A stretch of DNA of 64,000 nucleotides, from contig OZ286462.1 in assembly GCA_965644265.1 (NCBI GenBank), positions 25,296,001 to 25,360,000 on the forward strand. The letters are read 5' to 3'. Within the stretch, counting starts at the first letter, position 1, and every line of letters begins with the position of its first letter. The DNA is from Glycera tridactyla. Taxonomy: Eukaryota. Below the pieces are notes generated by a model, which worked only from the letters and a program-made list of their open reading frames with translations, did not search any database and had not been told where the DNA came from. The translations under genes were made by a program, and so were the position numbers. Of the stretch, positions 50,554 to 63,259 are shown one piece after another.

Positions 50554-53338
50554 GACCCGGGAATCATCGCTGTAAAAGGTGCAAGACACGAGATGGTGAG
50601 AAACCAGGAAGGTCGGCAAGTGGAAGCAGCTGACGGTTCAGACAGACCTCAAATGAATCTGGATAAACTTACGATGGCGCAAATCTGACTATTAACTGTC
50701 TGGAAGCTGACAGCTACGCCTGATAAGGATTCATTCAAATTGAACAAGGGATAGTCCTTGAAAAAGGTAAATGTATCAGGTTTGGAGAATACTGAAACAA
50801 TGAGCTCAGTTATCAAGTATTTTCAAGTGACACCAATGCCACAGGCAAACCATCAGTTACCTGTACGTGAGACCATCTCAGAGAATAAAAAGACCGATAA
50901 TAGGTCAATTTCGGTAGAGCCTAAAGACAGATGAGAATTTGAGTTGGCACAGAACAATATTTCCTGGAGCAGATTCTGTATGAAGCAGCTATGGCCATAT
51001 CATCCATACTTCGGCCCAATGTATTGCGAGAATATTGCANNNNNNNNNNNNNNNNNNNNNNNNNNNNNNNNNNNNNNNNNNNNNNNNNNNNNNNNNNNNN
51101 NNNNNNNNNNNNNNNNNNNNNNNNNNNNNNNNNNNNNNNNNNNNNNNNNNNNNNNNNNNNNNNNNNNNNNNNNNNNNNNNNNNNNNNNNNNNNNNNNNNN
51201 NNNNNNNNNNNNNNNNNNNNNNNNNNNNNNNNNNNNNNNNNNNNNNNNNNNNNNNNNNNNNNNNNNNNNNNNNNNNNNNNNNNNNNNNNNNNNNNNNNNN
51301 NNNNNNNNNNNNNNNNNNNNNNNNNNNNNNNNNNNNNNNNNNNNNNNNNNNNNNNNNNNNNNNNNNNNNNNNNNNNNNNNNNNNNNNNNNNNNNNNNNNN
51401 NNNNNNNNNNNNNNNNNNNNNNNNNNNNNNNNNNNNNNNNNNNNNNNNNNNNNNNNNNNNNNNNNNNNNNNNNNNNNNNNNNNNNNNNNNNNNNNNNNNN
51501 NNNNNNNNNNNNNNNNNNNNNNNNNNNNNNNNNNNNCTCGTGAGGTAAATAACAAAAGACTCCGCAAGCAGATATTAATCGAGAGTTTCTAAACTGGTTC
51601 CATCCCCAAGGAACCGGACCAGCCCATTATAACGGAGTTCACTGTGATGATCCATTTCCCTGTGATTGATGGCTGAAGGGACTTCCGCCGAATGACACGC
51701 CGGCGACTCTATAGTGCGGCAAATTTCATATTCATCTCAGCCGCCTAATAATAAAATTGTCATTCTTACGTCATTCATCTTTGTGCAGTCAAGTTCAAGT
51801 ATTGATCCGACGCCGATATGACAATCATTTAACTCTGAAACACACTTTAACCCTCTCAGGTTGGGAAGTGGTCTCTTTTAATGATGCACGTATTCCCTGA
51901 AGTGTTCAAAGTCTGTCAAATCCAGATGTGATGGGTACGTCTTTCATTATTTTAGATTGAAAGAGGAAGGAACATGCATAATATGCTTTCGCGCCACAAA
52001 ATAAGTTAGACATCCGATGTGGAAGAAAGTTGAAAAACAGACTTACATATACCATCGAGAGTGTTATTCAGACGTGAGCTACGTAGAATTGTATCTGAAT
52101 TGTCAATCATATCGATCAAACTAGCTCCCTGCTCACCCATCATCTCGTGTTCATGGTTTGTGGGTGAGATATCGGCAAAGACAGAGCAACCGGCTTCAGT
52201 GGATTGAGAACATACAGCACATATGATCATTTGGATTGATACACATAAAACAGACAATCCAACAGACTCTTCCTATCTAACGAATGAAGACTGGCTTTTA
52301 CCTAACTTTCTTACATCATCGAACCTGATTCAATTTGACTGAGGGATGCTTCCTTTGTCTTCTTCACAATTTGAATCATAAGAGACTCAGGAATGCTTCA
52401 TTGCTGAAATATATTGTCCAGACAGAATTCGGACTGTAGAAAATATTTCACTGGTGGGGAGAAAGATAGTATTGGCTGCTCTGTTGGTTAGCTGGGAGTC
52501 CAGGGTCTCTGAAGATGGCAGCCACCGATGCTCATAGGATCTTTGCCATCGGTGATGATGTGACCTTGAGCAAGTACCTGCATCAGCGCTAGCCATTAGC
52601 CAGTTGGCCAGAGGCTAAAGCTGTCCTCCCTTAGCAAAGGAAATTGGCCGGATGTCAGTCAAACTGGATATGGGGAAGAATATTGGAGCAAATGAATACA
52701 GGGATCCTATCCCTTCATATAGGCCCAATTGGGATCTCATGGACTAAAATTTGACAGCAACGTAGATCAATGCATGTCTACCCCTCTGGATGCCAAATAT
52801 GACACTTTCTCATAGCGTTATTCGTGGTCGTGTCTCTTTGGTTTCATGCTCAAACCCAGCCAACAATGCCGGCAACATCACTGTATGAATGCAATAAACA
52901 CGAGATGAGTCCGTTCCGAAAGCATGCTGAGAATTGGGTCCGATAGTCTGTGGACGTTTTTGAAAGCAAATCGTGCCATTAAACCCCCAGAGAGGAGATA
53001 GGACATGAAAAGCGGCCATCGTATTTGGAGTTGATAGACATTTGTGTGGATGCGTCTATCGACTATGTACGATTCAGTGATCAGTGGAGTGTCGTTCACG
53101 CCCCCCAAAGGCACAATAACAATGTAGGTCAGTTGCCTGGGCCCAATACATTCTAGGGAGTGTCAGAACGTAAAAATGCATCCTTGTCTGATCATTTGAC
53201 TTGCTGATGAGATGGTCACATCCCGGCCCTCCATATTTACTCCACCATGGAGGCCGTTTTCTCATCAATAACCAGCTTTAGACAAAGTCCTGTTAATCGT
53301 TGCTGAGGCAATATCGCCGCCAATAACCAGCCTTGGGT

Positions 53339-53675
53339 GATTTCCTATCACTGGTGCCTTCTTCTCGATGATAACCTGCCTTGGAAGATTTCCTATCATT
53401 GGTGCCCTCTACTCGATAATAACCTGCCTTGGGAGATTACCTATCACTGGTGCCTTCTACTCGATGATAACCTGCCTTGGGAGATTTCCTATCATTGGTG
53501 CCTTCTACTCGATAATAACCTGCCCTGGAAGATTTCCTATCACTGGTGCCTTCTACTCGATGATAACCTGCCTTGAGAGATTTCCTATCACTGGTGCCTT
53601 CTACTGGATGATAACCTGCCTTGGGAGATTTCCTATCACTGGTGCCTTCTTCTGGATGATAACCTGCCTATGGCG
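53339..53675. repeat. 48-bp minisatellite, 7 copies
   Basis: GATTTCCTATCACTGGTGCCTTCTACTCGATGATAACCTGCCTTGGGA at 53339 and every 48 bp to 53627. Confidence 0.95.
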
Positions 53676-54047
53676 ACTTCCCTGTTATCACCATTCTGAC
53701 GTCCCTGTCATAAAAACCAGCCTTGGGTAATATCCGGGTGATCATCATTGAGGTGATCTTCTCACCAATAGCTAGCCTGGGATAAATATCCTGTTATTAT
53801 CATTAAGACTGTCCTCCCATTCAATATAACCAGCCTTAAGCAATGTCCTGGTAATAATCATTGTGGCCTTCTTTTCATCAATAAGCATCCTTGGGTACTG
53901 TCCTGGTAATCATTATTGATGCTTTGTTCTCATCAATAAAGCAGCCCCGGTTATCATCATCCAGGCTCTCCTCTCATCAATAATCAGCTTTTGGGTAATG
54001 TCATGGTAATCATCATTAAGGCTTTCGTCACATCGTGGCTTCTCATC

Positions 54048-54800
54048 AATGACCAGGCTTGGGCAATGTCCCAGTATTCATCATTGACGGCGGCTTCTCA
54101 TCAATGACCAGCCATGGGCAATGTCCCAGTATTTATCATTGATGGCGGCTTTTCATTGATGACCAGTCTATGGGCAATGTCCCAGTATTTATCATTGATG
54201 GCGGCTTCTCATTAATGACCAGCCTTGAGCAATGTCCCAGTATTTATCATTGATAGAGGCTTCTCACCAATGACCAGCCTTGAGCAATGTTCCAGTGTAC
54301 ATCATTGATGGTGGTTTCACACCAATGACCAGCCTTGGGCAATGTTCCAGTATTCATCATTGATGGTGGCTTCTTGTCAATGACCAGCCATGGGCAATGT
54401 TCCAGTATTCATCATTGATGGCGGCTTCTTGTCAATGACCAGCCATGGGCTATGTTCCAGTATTCATCATTGATGGCGGCTTCTTGTCAATGACCAGCCA
54501 TGGGCAATGTTCCAGTATTCATCATTGATGGTGGCTTCTCAACAATGACCAGCCTTGAGCAATGTTCCAGTGTACATCATTGATGGTGGCTTCACACCAA
54601 TGACCAGCCTTGGGCAATGATCCAGTGTACATCATTGATGGTGGCTTCACACCAATGACCAGCCTTGGGCAATGTTCCAGTGTACATCATTGATGGTGGC
54701 TTCACACCAATGACCAGCCTTGGGCAATGTCCCAGTATTTATCATTGACGGTGGCTTCTCATTAATGACCAGCCTTGGGAGATGTCCTGTTAATCGTCAT
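54048..54800. repeat. 55-bp minisatellite, about 13.5 copies
   Basis: AATGACCAGCCTTGGGCAATGTTCCAGTATTCATCATTGATGGTGGCTTCTCACC-type unit from 54048 to 54764. Confidence 0.95.
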
Positions 54801-55899
54801 TGAGCCACCCTCGTATCATCACCATGGGTAATGTCCTGGTAATCATGACTTTGGCCCTCTCCTCATCAATAAGCAGCCTTGAACAAAGTTACAAGGGTGA
54901 AGACTGCCAGGGACAGAACAGTAAGCTTCCATGGATCAGGAACACACGGCATACATGATTCTGTTGGTGTATANNNNNNNNNNNNNNNNNNNNNNNNNNN
55001 NNNNNNNNNNNNNNNNNNNNNNNNNNNNNNNNNNNNNNNNNNNNNNNNNNNNNNNNNNNNNNNNNNNNNNNNNNNNNNNNNNNNNNNNNNNNNNNNNNNN
55101 NNAGACAGCCAACCAACTCACCCACCCAGCTAGCCAACCAACCTGTAAATATTTGCAGCATATTGTTTTTTCGGGGGACAAGTGGTACTTTGTTGGACTA
55201 AATCATTGCGAGGACATAACATCATGTCACAGCAGTGTATTCAGGGGGCTTTTCTGGTAGATTCGCTGCGAATGGGGTTTATGCCGGAAGTGTAACCCGG
55301 TGCCTGGATGATGGGTTAGTCTGCAGACCAGAATCGGGCACGCGTTGGTGGCATGGCTGTACGGGCAGACCGCCATCGGCGACAGGCACTCCGGGAGTCA
55401 GCACGGTGCGACGCGACGCGACACCCACAAGCTGCCTGCCGCCCGTACCGCTCGCACGCATCACACACACCCCGAGCCTTCGTAGCAATGGAGCCTTCAT
55501 AGCAATGGTGCCTACGTAGCAATGGTACCACCATACAGTCGGAGTACGTGAAATCGGACTTGCTGAGGCCGCGGGCGCGCGCGTGTTCGCCCAGCAACGG
55601 GCTTTCGGCCGGAAACCCACCGGTCATCTTTTCACTCAACCCTTCAATGTCTTTCTTCACTTACATGCATACTACTACTAATAGTACAGTTCTCTCACAC
55701 TTGTTGGCCTACACAGACATGGTATTTATTCTGGTAGCATCCCCGGGCGGTAGTCGGCCTCGTCAGATGTAGTAGCAGACAGTTGTCTCACAGTCATGAC
55801 ACAGTGGATGCCTTATCTTCTTCTTCCTCGTCCGCGTTATCTCCATCCTCATCTCCCTCCATCAGTGCTCCTCTTCACGACAGTCACAGGTCAGTCATA

Positions 55900-56280
55900 A
55901 TTCAATATCAAATCACTCAATAATTCACAGTGGATCACTCATCATTCCATACCAAATCCCTCATTGTTTCACGTTGGATCACTCATTGTTCCATATCGGA
56001 TCACTCATTCAATATCACTCACCATTTCATAAAAAAAAATGAAACAATCATTTATCGTACAGCATCATCGATTGTTTCATATCAAATCATTCATTGATCC
56101 ATTAAAATCACTCATTGTTCATAAAACATCTCTCATCATTTTAAATTGGTTATTGTCTCATATCGAATCACCCATTGTTTCGGATCAAATCACTCATTGT
56201 TTCATTCTTGAATTACTCATTATTTCATATTGAATCACTCATTATTAGAAGAAATTGGATCACTTATTGTTTCGCATCAA
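55900..56280. repeat. Degenerate repeat of about 22 bp (ATCACTCATTGTTTCAT core)
   Basis: About 10 imperfect copies visible. Confidence 0.6.
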
Positions 56281-57509
56281 ATGGTTCAATGGTTCACGAT
56301 TGGAGATAAACACTGGTGGAATTATCGCGGCAAGGTGGTGTCTTTATCAATTCTGGCATAACATTAGTAAGGTATATGCAGCGCATAGGTTATTGGGCAG
56401 CGAGCTTGAAGTTGATGGATGTATTGCTGGATGTATTGATCAAGTTGAGATGATCTCATTTCCAAGTATCAAGTACAGTGATCAACAGCCGCCGATTGTC
56501 GTACTATCACGTGTCATAAATATGGTTACCAGTGTTACAGTTGTATTCGAACCGATAGCTATATCCTCCGGTACCCACCAGTACTTTGTTCAAATCTGAG
56601 GTGATATACGTATTTAAATCGGCTAAGAAAGGCCGTCAAACTGAGAGAATCGATGAATACATGAATCCACGAATCATGGACGCAATGGAAAGATCACAGA
56701 AATAGATTAATATATGAATACATGAAAGATAGCAGTAATAAATAAACGGATCAGTCAATCAACCAACCGATCCATGAAAAATCGGGAAACCGATCCCTCC
56801 AATCAATCAATCGACCAATCATTCAATCGTTCTATCAATGAATCAATCAACTAACCAATCAAACATAGAAGACGATAGGTTGATATTACTGATCATACCC
56901 TACATATACATATCACATCCCAATACCGGATCTTATTTGGACCACTTCATACTCGCCAGGATTGACAATTATCAGCGACATTCACAAGAAGACTATATCA
57001 GATGATCATGGCCACCAGAAAATATGTCGATATTGCATCACAAGCCCCACTCAAGTTCTCAACTTGCGGAAAATGGCTTCTACGTAATACGATTTTAACC
57101 CAGTCATCACAGGGATATCCCTACTGTGTGCCCTGTGCTAAATGGCACATGAAGTTGTAAGTAAGTAAGTATTCATTTATCTTGCCTCGATATGGTAAAC
57201 ATACAATAAATGTGTACAATAATTAAATCGAAACAAAAAAAATTGTGCGTTACCGGGTCATCAACAAAGGATGCAGTCATCCCCATCCCTATCGAGGAGA
57301 TGTAAAAGGGCACTTCAAGCCATATATCTTGTGCCCAGGAGGCATATGTGATTTTCCATACTTTGATATGATTACCCGATTTCCTTTGATATGATTAACT
57401 GAGTCAGCTATGATTGATTGTCCGTATTGGTGGATCATGTTCGTCTTGCTCATATAAGGCAGCTGAAGATTTTGCGAATGGATTAGATTTGAGATTTCGC
57501 AGAAATGGC

Positions 57510-57665
57510 ACCTTGAGTGTCTGTGAATTGCATAAATTTTCACCCACCCCCGTTTGGGACCCAGAAGGAGGAGCCTTGGAAGATCTCACCCATACCCATT
57601 GCATGGCGTCACTGCCAGTATAGCCCAGATGGTATTGACGTGACGTTAAACCAGAACCAACCATC
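57510..57665 (+). mobile_element. SINE-like family B, representative copy
   Basis: GAGTGTCTGTGAATT...GGGACCCAGAAGGAGGAG...TTGCATGG..GTCAC...TATAGC recurs at 19925-20080 (-), 20665-20780 (-), 29143-29260 (+), 36288-36390 (+), 58930-59040 (-, partial) and 59395-59495 (-). Ends GACGTTAAACC...AACC. Confidence 0.75.
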
Positions 57666-58336
57666 AAGTCTGATATACAAAGATGCCTTTCCTAAAGAGG
57701 GCCTTGGGATCGAGGTCGACTGTATTTATTGTCGTGTGTACAAGTATTGTAAATATGTGATATGAGATACGTTGGGTGCTAGTTTGATTGCTTGGCTGGC
57801 CAGGGTTATATAGCATGTACCAAGCCAAAGGTTCGTGTCTGCTGTGTATTTCTGATCTATATGAAACCCTCTGCCAGCATTCCTTGGACATGCTGCTATT
57901 AGAAGTGACTGACTGTTGAAGATCCTCGTCATATCTCACATGAATCTGAGTGAACCTGTCGACAGTGTTTCTCATAATGTAAGGAACTGAGAACTAGCAC
58001 TCAAGCCTGAAAGCAGTGCTTTCATTTTAAGTGAACCACAGTACTTGACTTGGAACACGAAAATGTCAAACCAATGTGTACCGTTATGAACAGTCAATTT
58101 CAACCTAACTTAAGGAAAATGATTGCCCTATTCTCATTGCATAACGCCATCACACTTCTTGATAGTTTCATAAGATGTGCTGCCGAAATTTCTCCTATTT
58201 GTAAAAATAAAAGTACCCACGGCCTACACGATGCCTTATGATAACTATTACGTGTAGGGCTCATGATCCCGACATCAGAACAATGGGGTGATGTTACAGG
58301 GATGTCGAAAAGACGGTATATGTACTTGTGCGACTG

Positions 58337-58500
58337 AAACTACGCAGTGAAAGCATGTCACCCTGCACAATTCCTCTGTAAAACCAACTCGCTACTAAAA
58401 CTGCGCAGTAATAGCATATCGCCCTGAACAATTCCTCTGTTGATCCAGCTCGTGATTAAACTACGCAGTGCAAGCACATCGCCTTGCACCATTCCTCATC
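58337..58500. repeat. 60-61-bp tandem repeat, about 3 copies
   Basis: AAACTACGCAGTGAAAGCATGTCACCCTGCACAATTCCTC-type unit at 58337, 58398 and 58458. Confidence 0.8.
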
Positions 58501-59723
58501 CCCGTCGAAATTCACCTTGCCGTGGCTTCAGATTACCAGTGGGAATTCCACAATAACGGAATACGTGTGTGATTATTCGCGTCGTCATCAGCCGGGTTTG
58601 CCGCCCTATTGTGACAACAAATGTGATGACGACTGCGTCAACACATGCCCAGATTGCATTTTCCTCTTCGTTGCGTGGCTATTTCTATCATTCCTGAAGT
58701 GGGACATTTGGCGCTATTCCAATAAATAGGCCAGGTCGTTTGTTCTTTTTCCATCTTATCAGCAGGAAATGGGCCATATTGCGACGCACATATCGGAATG
58801 GGGAGGACCAATTCAGAACACTTCTCTCGGATCACTATCATAGGTGCATTTTGACAAATACCACGGACAATAAGTGCCATTTCTGAGCCTGACTGTGTCG
58901 AGCTAAAACATGAGAACAGACACGAGTTGGATGGTTGGCTGGCTCTGGTTTAACGTCTCGTCAGCACCAAATGTGCTATATTGTGACACCAATGCGAATG
59001 TGGAAATTTATGAAATACTAGGTGTACGAGGTGTGACGATGCGAACTTCCAGCTGGGATCTGGAAATTAACTATGCTAAGCTAGAGAAGGCGCTATTCAA
59101 GGTTGCCAACCCCGCATCCACAGGAATACTTTTCCTCTGTATACACACATATACATGCAATTAACACAGGCACCGGTTTGCTCCAGCTCTTGCTAACTGA
59201 GAGCGAGCACAAGAGAACAGGGGTTAACTTTCAATTATAGGGACTGCTTTTATACCAAGCACAAAGTGGGTATAAACTTCAGGCAGCACTGGATTCCAAG
59301 CGCAACCATCATGCAATTAGCATTAGAACCAGGTAAAATACAGCCGACTTGTAACCACGAAACATTATCCTAGAATATTTTGGTTGGATAATCCGCCGAG
59401 CACCAGCTATATTGCCACGCCAATGCAATAGGCATGGGAGGGATCAGACTTCCACAACTGGGTCCCTAATGATTGTGAAATTCACAGACACTCAAACCTA
59501 ATAGCATTGCTTCGATTTTGAGCACAGCGTAGTATACCTGTAAGCAGGACAACAATTGGGTGAGGGTATATAAGTATGTTGGTATAACGTCATAATAGAA
59601 TAATGAGACTGAGTAATGGACTAGATGTAACTGAATACACAAGACCTCAGCAAGTAACAGGTAGAGACGTCATGACGTAATGCAAGTTCCGAGTCCTAAT
59701 GAGCTTGTTATTACGTACTTCAG

Positions 59724-59726
<3 letters not shown>

Positions 59727-59800
<74 letters not shown>
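59727..59800. repeat. (GT)n microsatellite
   Basis: Direct reading; further GT/GACA/GCCT microsatellites at 59830-59900, 60230-60600 and 60900-61100. Confidence 0.95.
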
Positions 59801-59803
<3 letters not shown>

Positions 59804-60919
59804 GAATATGTCTCTGACATGATTTCTATCACTAACAAAATGTGTATGTGTGTGTGCGTGCGCGCGTGTGTGTGCGTGCGTGCGTGGGTGGATGCGTGCG
59901 TGTGCCTGAGAGAGATTCAAAGGCGTGGTCACAATCGATTGCTGCATATCAGATTCATGGTCGTATGGTGCCTACACATGCGCACATATTATTGCAAGAA
60001 CCAATACAGCAGGTATGCGCCAATTTGGTTACTATTGTATGGGTGCGTGATTTTTCACATGTGGGTACATCCAACTGTTTTANNNNNNNNNNNNNNNNNN
60101 NNNNNNNNNNNNNNNNNNNNNNNNNNNNNNNNNNNNNNNNNNNNNNNNNNNNNNNNNNNNNNNNNNNNNNNNNNNNNNNNNNNNNNNNNNNNNNNNNNNN
60201 NNNNNNNNNNNNNNNGCAAGAATAGACAGATATAGGTAGAAATCCATATATGAATAGAGATAGATAGAGAGAGCAAGAGAAAGAGAGGCACAGAGAGACG
60301 GACAGACAGAGAGAGAGGCAGACGGACAGAGATGGTCAGTCAGACACGCAGATGGGCAGGCAGGCAGACAGACGAATAGACGGACNNNNNNNNNNNNNNN
60401 NNNNNNNNNNNNNNNNNNNNNNNNNNNNNNNNNNNNNNNNNNNNNNNNNNNNNNNNNNNNNNNNNNNNNNNNNNNNNNNNNNNNNNNNNNNNNNNNNNNN
60501 NNNNNNNNNNNNNNNNNNNNNNNNNNNNCAGACAGACATATGAATAGGAAGACAGAAAAAACGCAAAGGTAGAACGAGACAAACAAAAACATAGACAAAG
60601 GCAAAGGCAACAACAAAGACGGACAGAGACAGGATGGTCATACTGAACACAATGTTTGTTAGGAGGATGCTGAGCTATCCGGGTGACTGAATGGTGTATG
60701 GGGGTAAACGGAAGGAAGGAGATCACGTGTATTTAATCCCGGAACCTTCTTCATTCATGGTCTTTGATGACACTGCCCGGGCAACAGACGAGATATGGAT
60801 CACGGTCTGTCTTACTTCCCCTCTCCAATATAACGCATGGTTTCATTAACCATCACTTGTACCAGCGTCTAAGATAAATCACCCATGTGTGTGCTTTTGT
60901 ATTTGTGCCTCTCTCTCTC

Positions 60920-60990
<71 letters not shown>

Positions 60991-61408
60991 CTGTCCGTCA
61001 GTCAGTCAATCAAACAGCCAATCAGTCAGCCTGTTTGCCTGCCTGCCCGCCTGCCCGCCTGCCTGCTTGCCTGTCTGTTTGTCTGTCTGTCTGTCCGTCA
61101 TTGGGATCAAATGGGCACTGGGGTTATCCTCATAATTATCCAGATAACTTTTGGTCTACACGTAACATCCAAAGCACGATGATGGATTATGCTTATCCAA
61201 CTCCCTGCTTGGTGAAAGAATATTTGTCTTTCCCACAAATATATGTCAATTTCTTCACACACTTACTGGCGATTCCTCCACAGAATTCAGTAGAGTATCA
61301 TATTTCGTGCGTATGTACAAATTCGCCTATCAAGTAACTGGTCGGCATTGATCAATTGTTCTCAAATGTTGGAATCATCACAAGACGAAATCAAATCGAT
61401 GCCAACAT

Positions 61409-61500
61409 AAATGTTGATAGTTCATATGAACAAAGAGGACAAGGCTGGGGTTGTGTATGACATCACCTATGACAACTGCGAAGCACCCTACATCGGGGAA
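61409..61500 (+). mobile_element. Penelope-like element remnant (GIY-YIG endonuclease N-terminus)
   Basis: Translation KEDKAGVVYDITYDNCEAPYIGE versus the PLE consensus GVVYxIxCxxCxxxYIGET; cut at 61500 by the tail of a SINE-like insertion. Confidence 0.55.
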
Positions 61501-61925
61501 GTTTGTTTGTTTGAGTTTGACGTCCTTTCAACCACTCTCAGTTATATCAGACTGAAAAACTGAAAATGCTCAAGAAAAGAGGCACCGCCGTCGGGGCCGT
61601 CCCTACTCTTTGCGGAAGACAGCGGTGATTCTTCAACATGCACATAGGAAGAGACTCCTATAAACACGGCCAGCCTTTGATATTCCAGTCGGCATGCACT
61701 TGGTTCTACATTGGGGAAACTGAATGAACTCTCAGAAAGAGGGTATCGGAGCACCGCAGAAGTTCCCACCCAGTAGGACACCACATCGAGTAACACCGCC
61801 ATAGCTTCTCCAAAGACAATGTCTTCCTAGTCCACCAGAAGACTGTGTGGTTCCGCAGGGGTGTGGCGGAGCTCGTTCACATCACTGAAATGAGCCCATC
61901 CTAGGATAGGGACAGGGTCGGTACA
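61501..61925 (-). mobile_element. SINE-like element with (CAAA)n tail
   Basis: Starts with the reverse-complement tail GTTTGTTTGTTTGAGTTTGACGTCC, like families A and B; the 5' boundary is approximate. Confidence 0.45.
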
Positions 61926-62798
61926 ATCAATCAATCAATCTATCAATCAAACCCTCTCACCAATCTACAGGGATATCCCTTTGTCATATGATCCTGCCCC
62001 AGCTATGGGGACATGTAACAACACAGCAATGCAGACACCATGAGCTGATGAAAGATACGCGATGGTTGTTCTGGGGGCTTCTCATCTTCCAAACACGATG
62101 TGAGTACCGTGAGCTTAGATTTCTTGAAGAATGTATACCTGTCATACTCCACATGATAACCAGCATTATCATCCGATGTTGAGTCTAGCGTGTTGGTAAG
62201 CGTTGTCTTCCCGTTCTACCACGCCAGAGCGGACCACAGTCCTACAGTGCTGTGATCGTGAGCGGGCGTACTCCCTCCGCATCGGCCGTAGCTAGCTGGT
62301 GGATGCGTCTGTTACCGCGAAGGTTCGGAGGGGGTATGAGCGCTGCATTTAAGATCGTGTGAGAGGACTGTGGTAGCGCGACCCCGGTCCTCCTCCCTAG
62401 TTCTCTGAATCACCGATAGTGGCGCTTCACTGAGCATGTAATTATTCAGATCTGAGTCGTCTGAAAGAATCGTATTTCTTCAGGCAATTCATGATAAACT
62501 CCCACTCTACTATATCTGTTGATAGAAGTGGACTATTTCTCAAATTTGTAAACATATTTATTCAGATCTGTCCAAATTGTGATCCCTCAGAATTTCTTTT
62601 CGAAAATTCATTCATCACCCTATCTTAGTGACATCAGCCCTATACATTAATTCAATGTTGTTTCATACACGAACTGGATCAGTCAGTCTTCTCAAGTAAA
62701 CAAACTCCTCCCAAGCAGTAGGATAACGAACATCCAGTGAAAATATATACAAATTTTACCAATAAAGATTCATACTGAAATTTAGGCGTGGCAGAACT

Positions 62799-62941
62799 AT
62801 GATTAACCCCTCCCGCGCTGCTTGCTCGGCGCTACCACGTCCTCCGCCCACGCCACCGTCCTCGGCCCTGCGGGCCTCGGACGGTGCTCGTGCGTCGGAT
62901 GTGGTAGCGCCGATCAAGCGCACGCGGTCGTGATTAATCAT
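62799..62941 (-). other. Long rod-like hairpin HP2
   Basis: Paired segments ATGATTAA/TTAATCAT, CCGCG/CGCGG, GCTTG/CAAGC, TCGGCGCTACCAC/GTGGTAGCGCCGA, CACCGTCC/GGACGGTG, GGCCC/GGGCC; 3-nt loop at 62869-62871. Confidence 0.85.
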
Positions 62942-63259
62942 TAAGTTCACCTCGGCACTGGGCAGTAATCTGAGAGCATACCACCTCCGAGCTGGTATTT
63001 ACATTTTTTTGCGCTTAGGTCACGTGATGCTTGTACGCCAACGTTGATTGGTCAGTAAAACAATCAGTCGCTATAGAACAATCGAGGTCAAGGGTCAACT
63101 GGCAGTGTCGCACGTTCGATCTGTATAGCGTCAATGCAGATGTTTGGGAAGATACCTCCATAAGAATCGCTGTATCTCAGCAACCAGTGGTCCGATTTTC
63201 ACAAACTAAACACGAAATTGAAGATAATTGATTATTCTATCTATTTATCGGATGATAAG

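Noticed and set aside
52100-52260. RTE-like C-terminal peptide (RYRQRQSNRLQWIENIQ)
   Set aside because: Too short and degenerate to call.
53339-54800. CRISPR-like array
   Set aside because: The repeats are contiguous with no unique spacers, the context is eukaryotic and there are no cas genes; these are minisatellites.
55555-55635. Hammerhead ribozyme near CTGAGGCC...GGAAAC / GGCCGAAA (also CTGATGA sites at 40277, 53206, 62044)
   Set aside because: The catalytic core CUGANGA...GAAA is incomplete or lacks stems I-III at every site examined.
62100-62215. GKTTL (Walker A-like) peptide on the minus strand
   Set aside because: An in-frame stop immediately precedes it, the upstream glycine of GxxxxGKT is absent, and the acceptor is weak.
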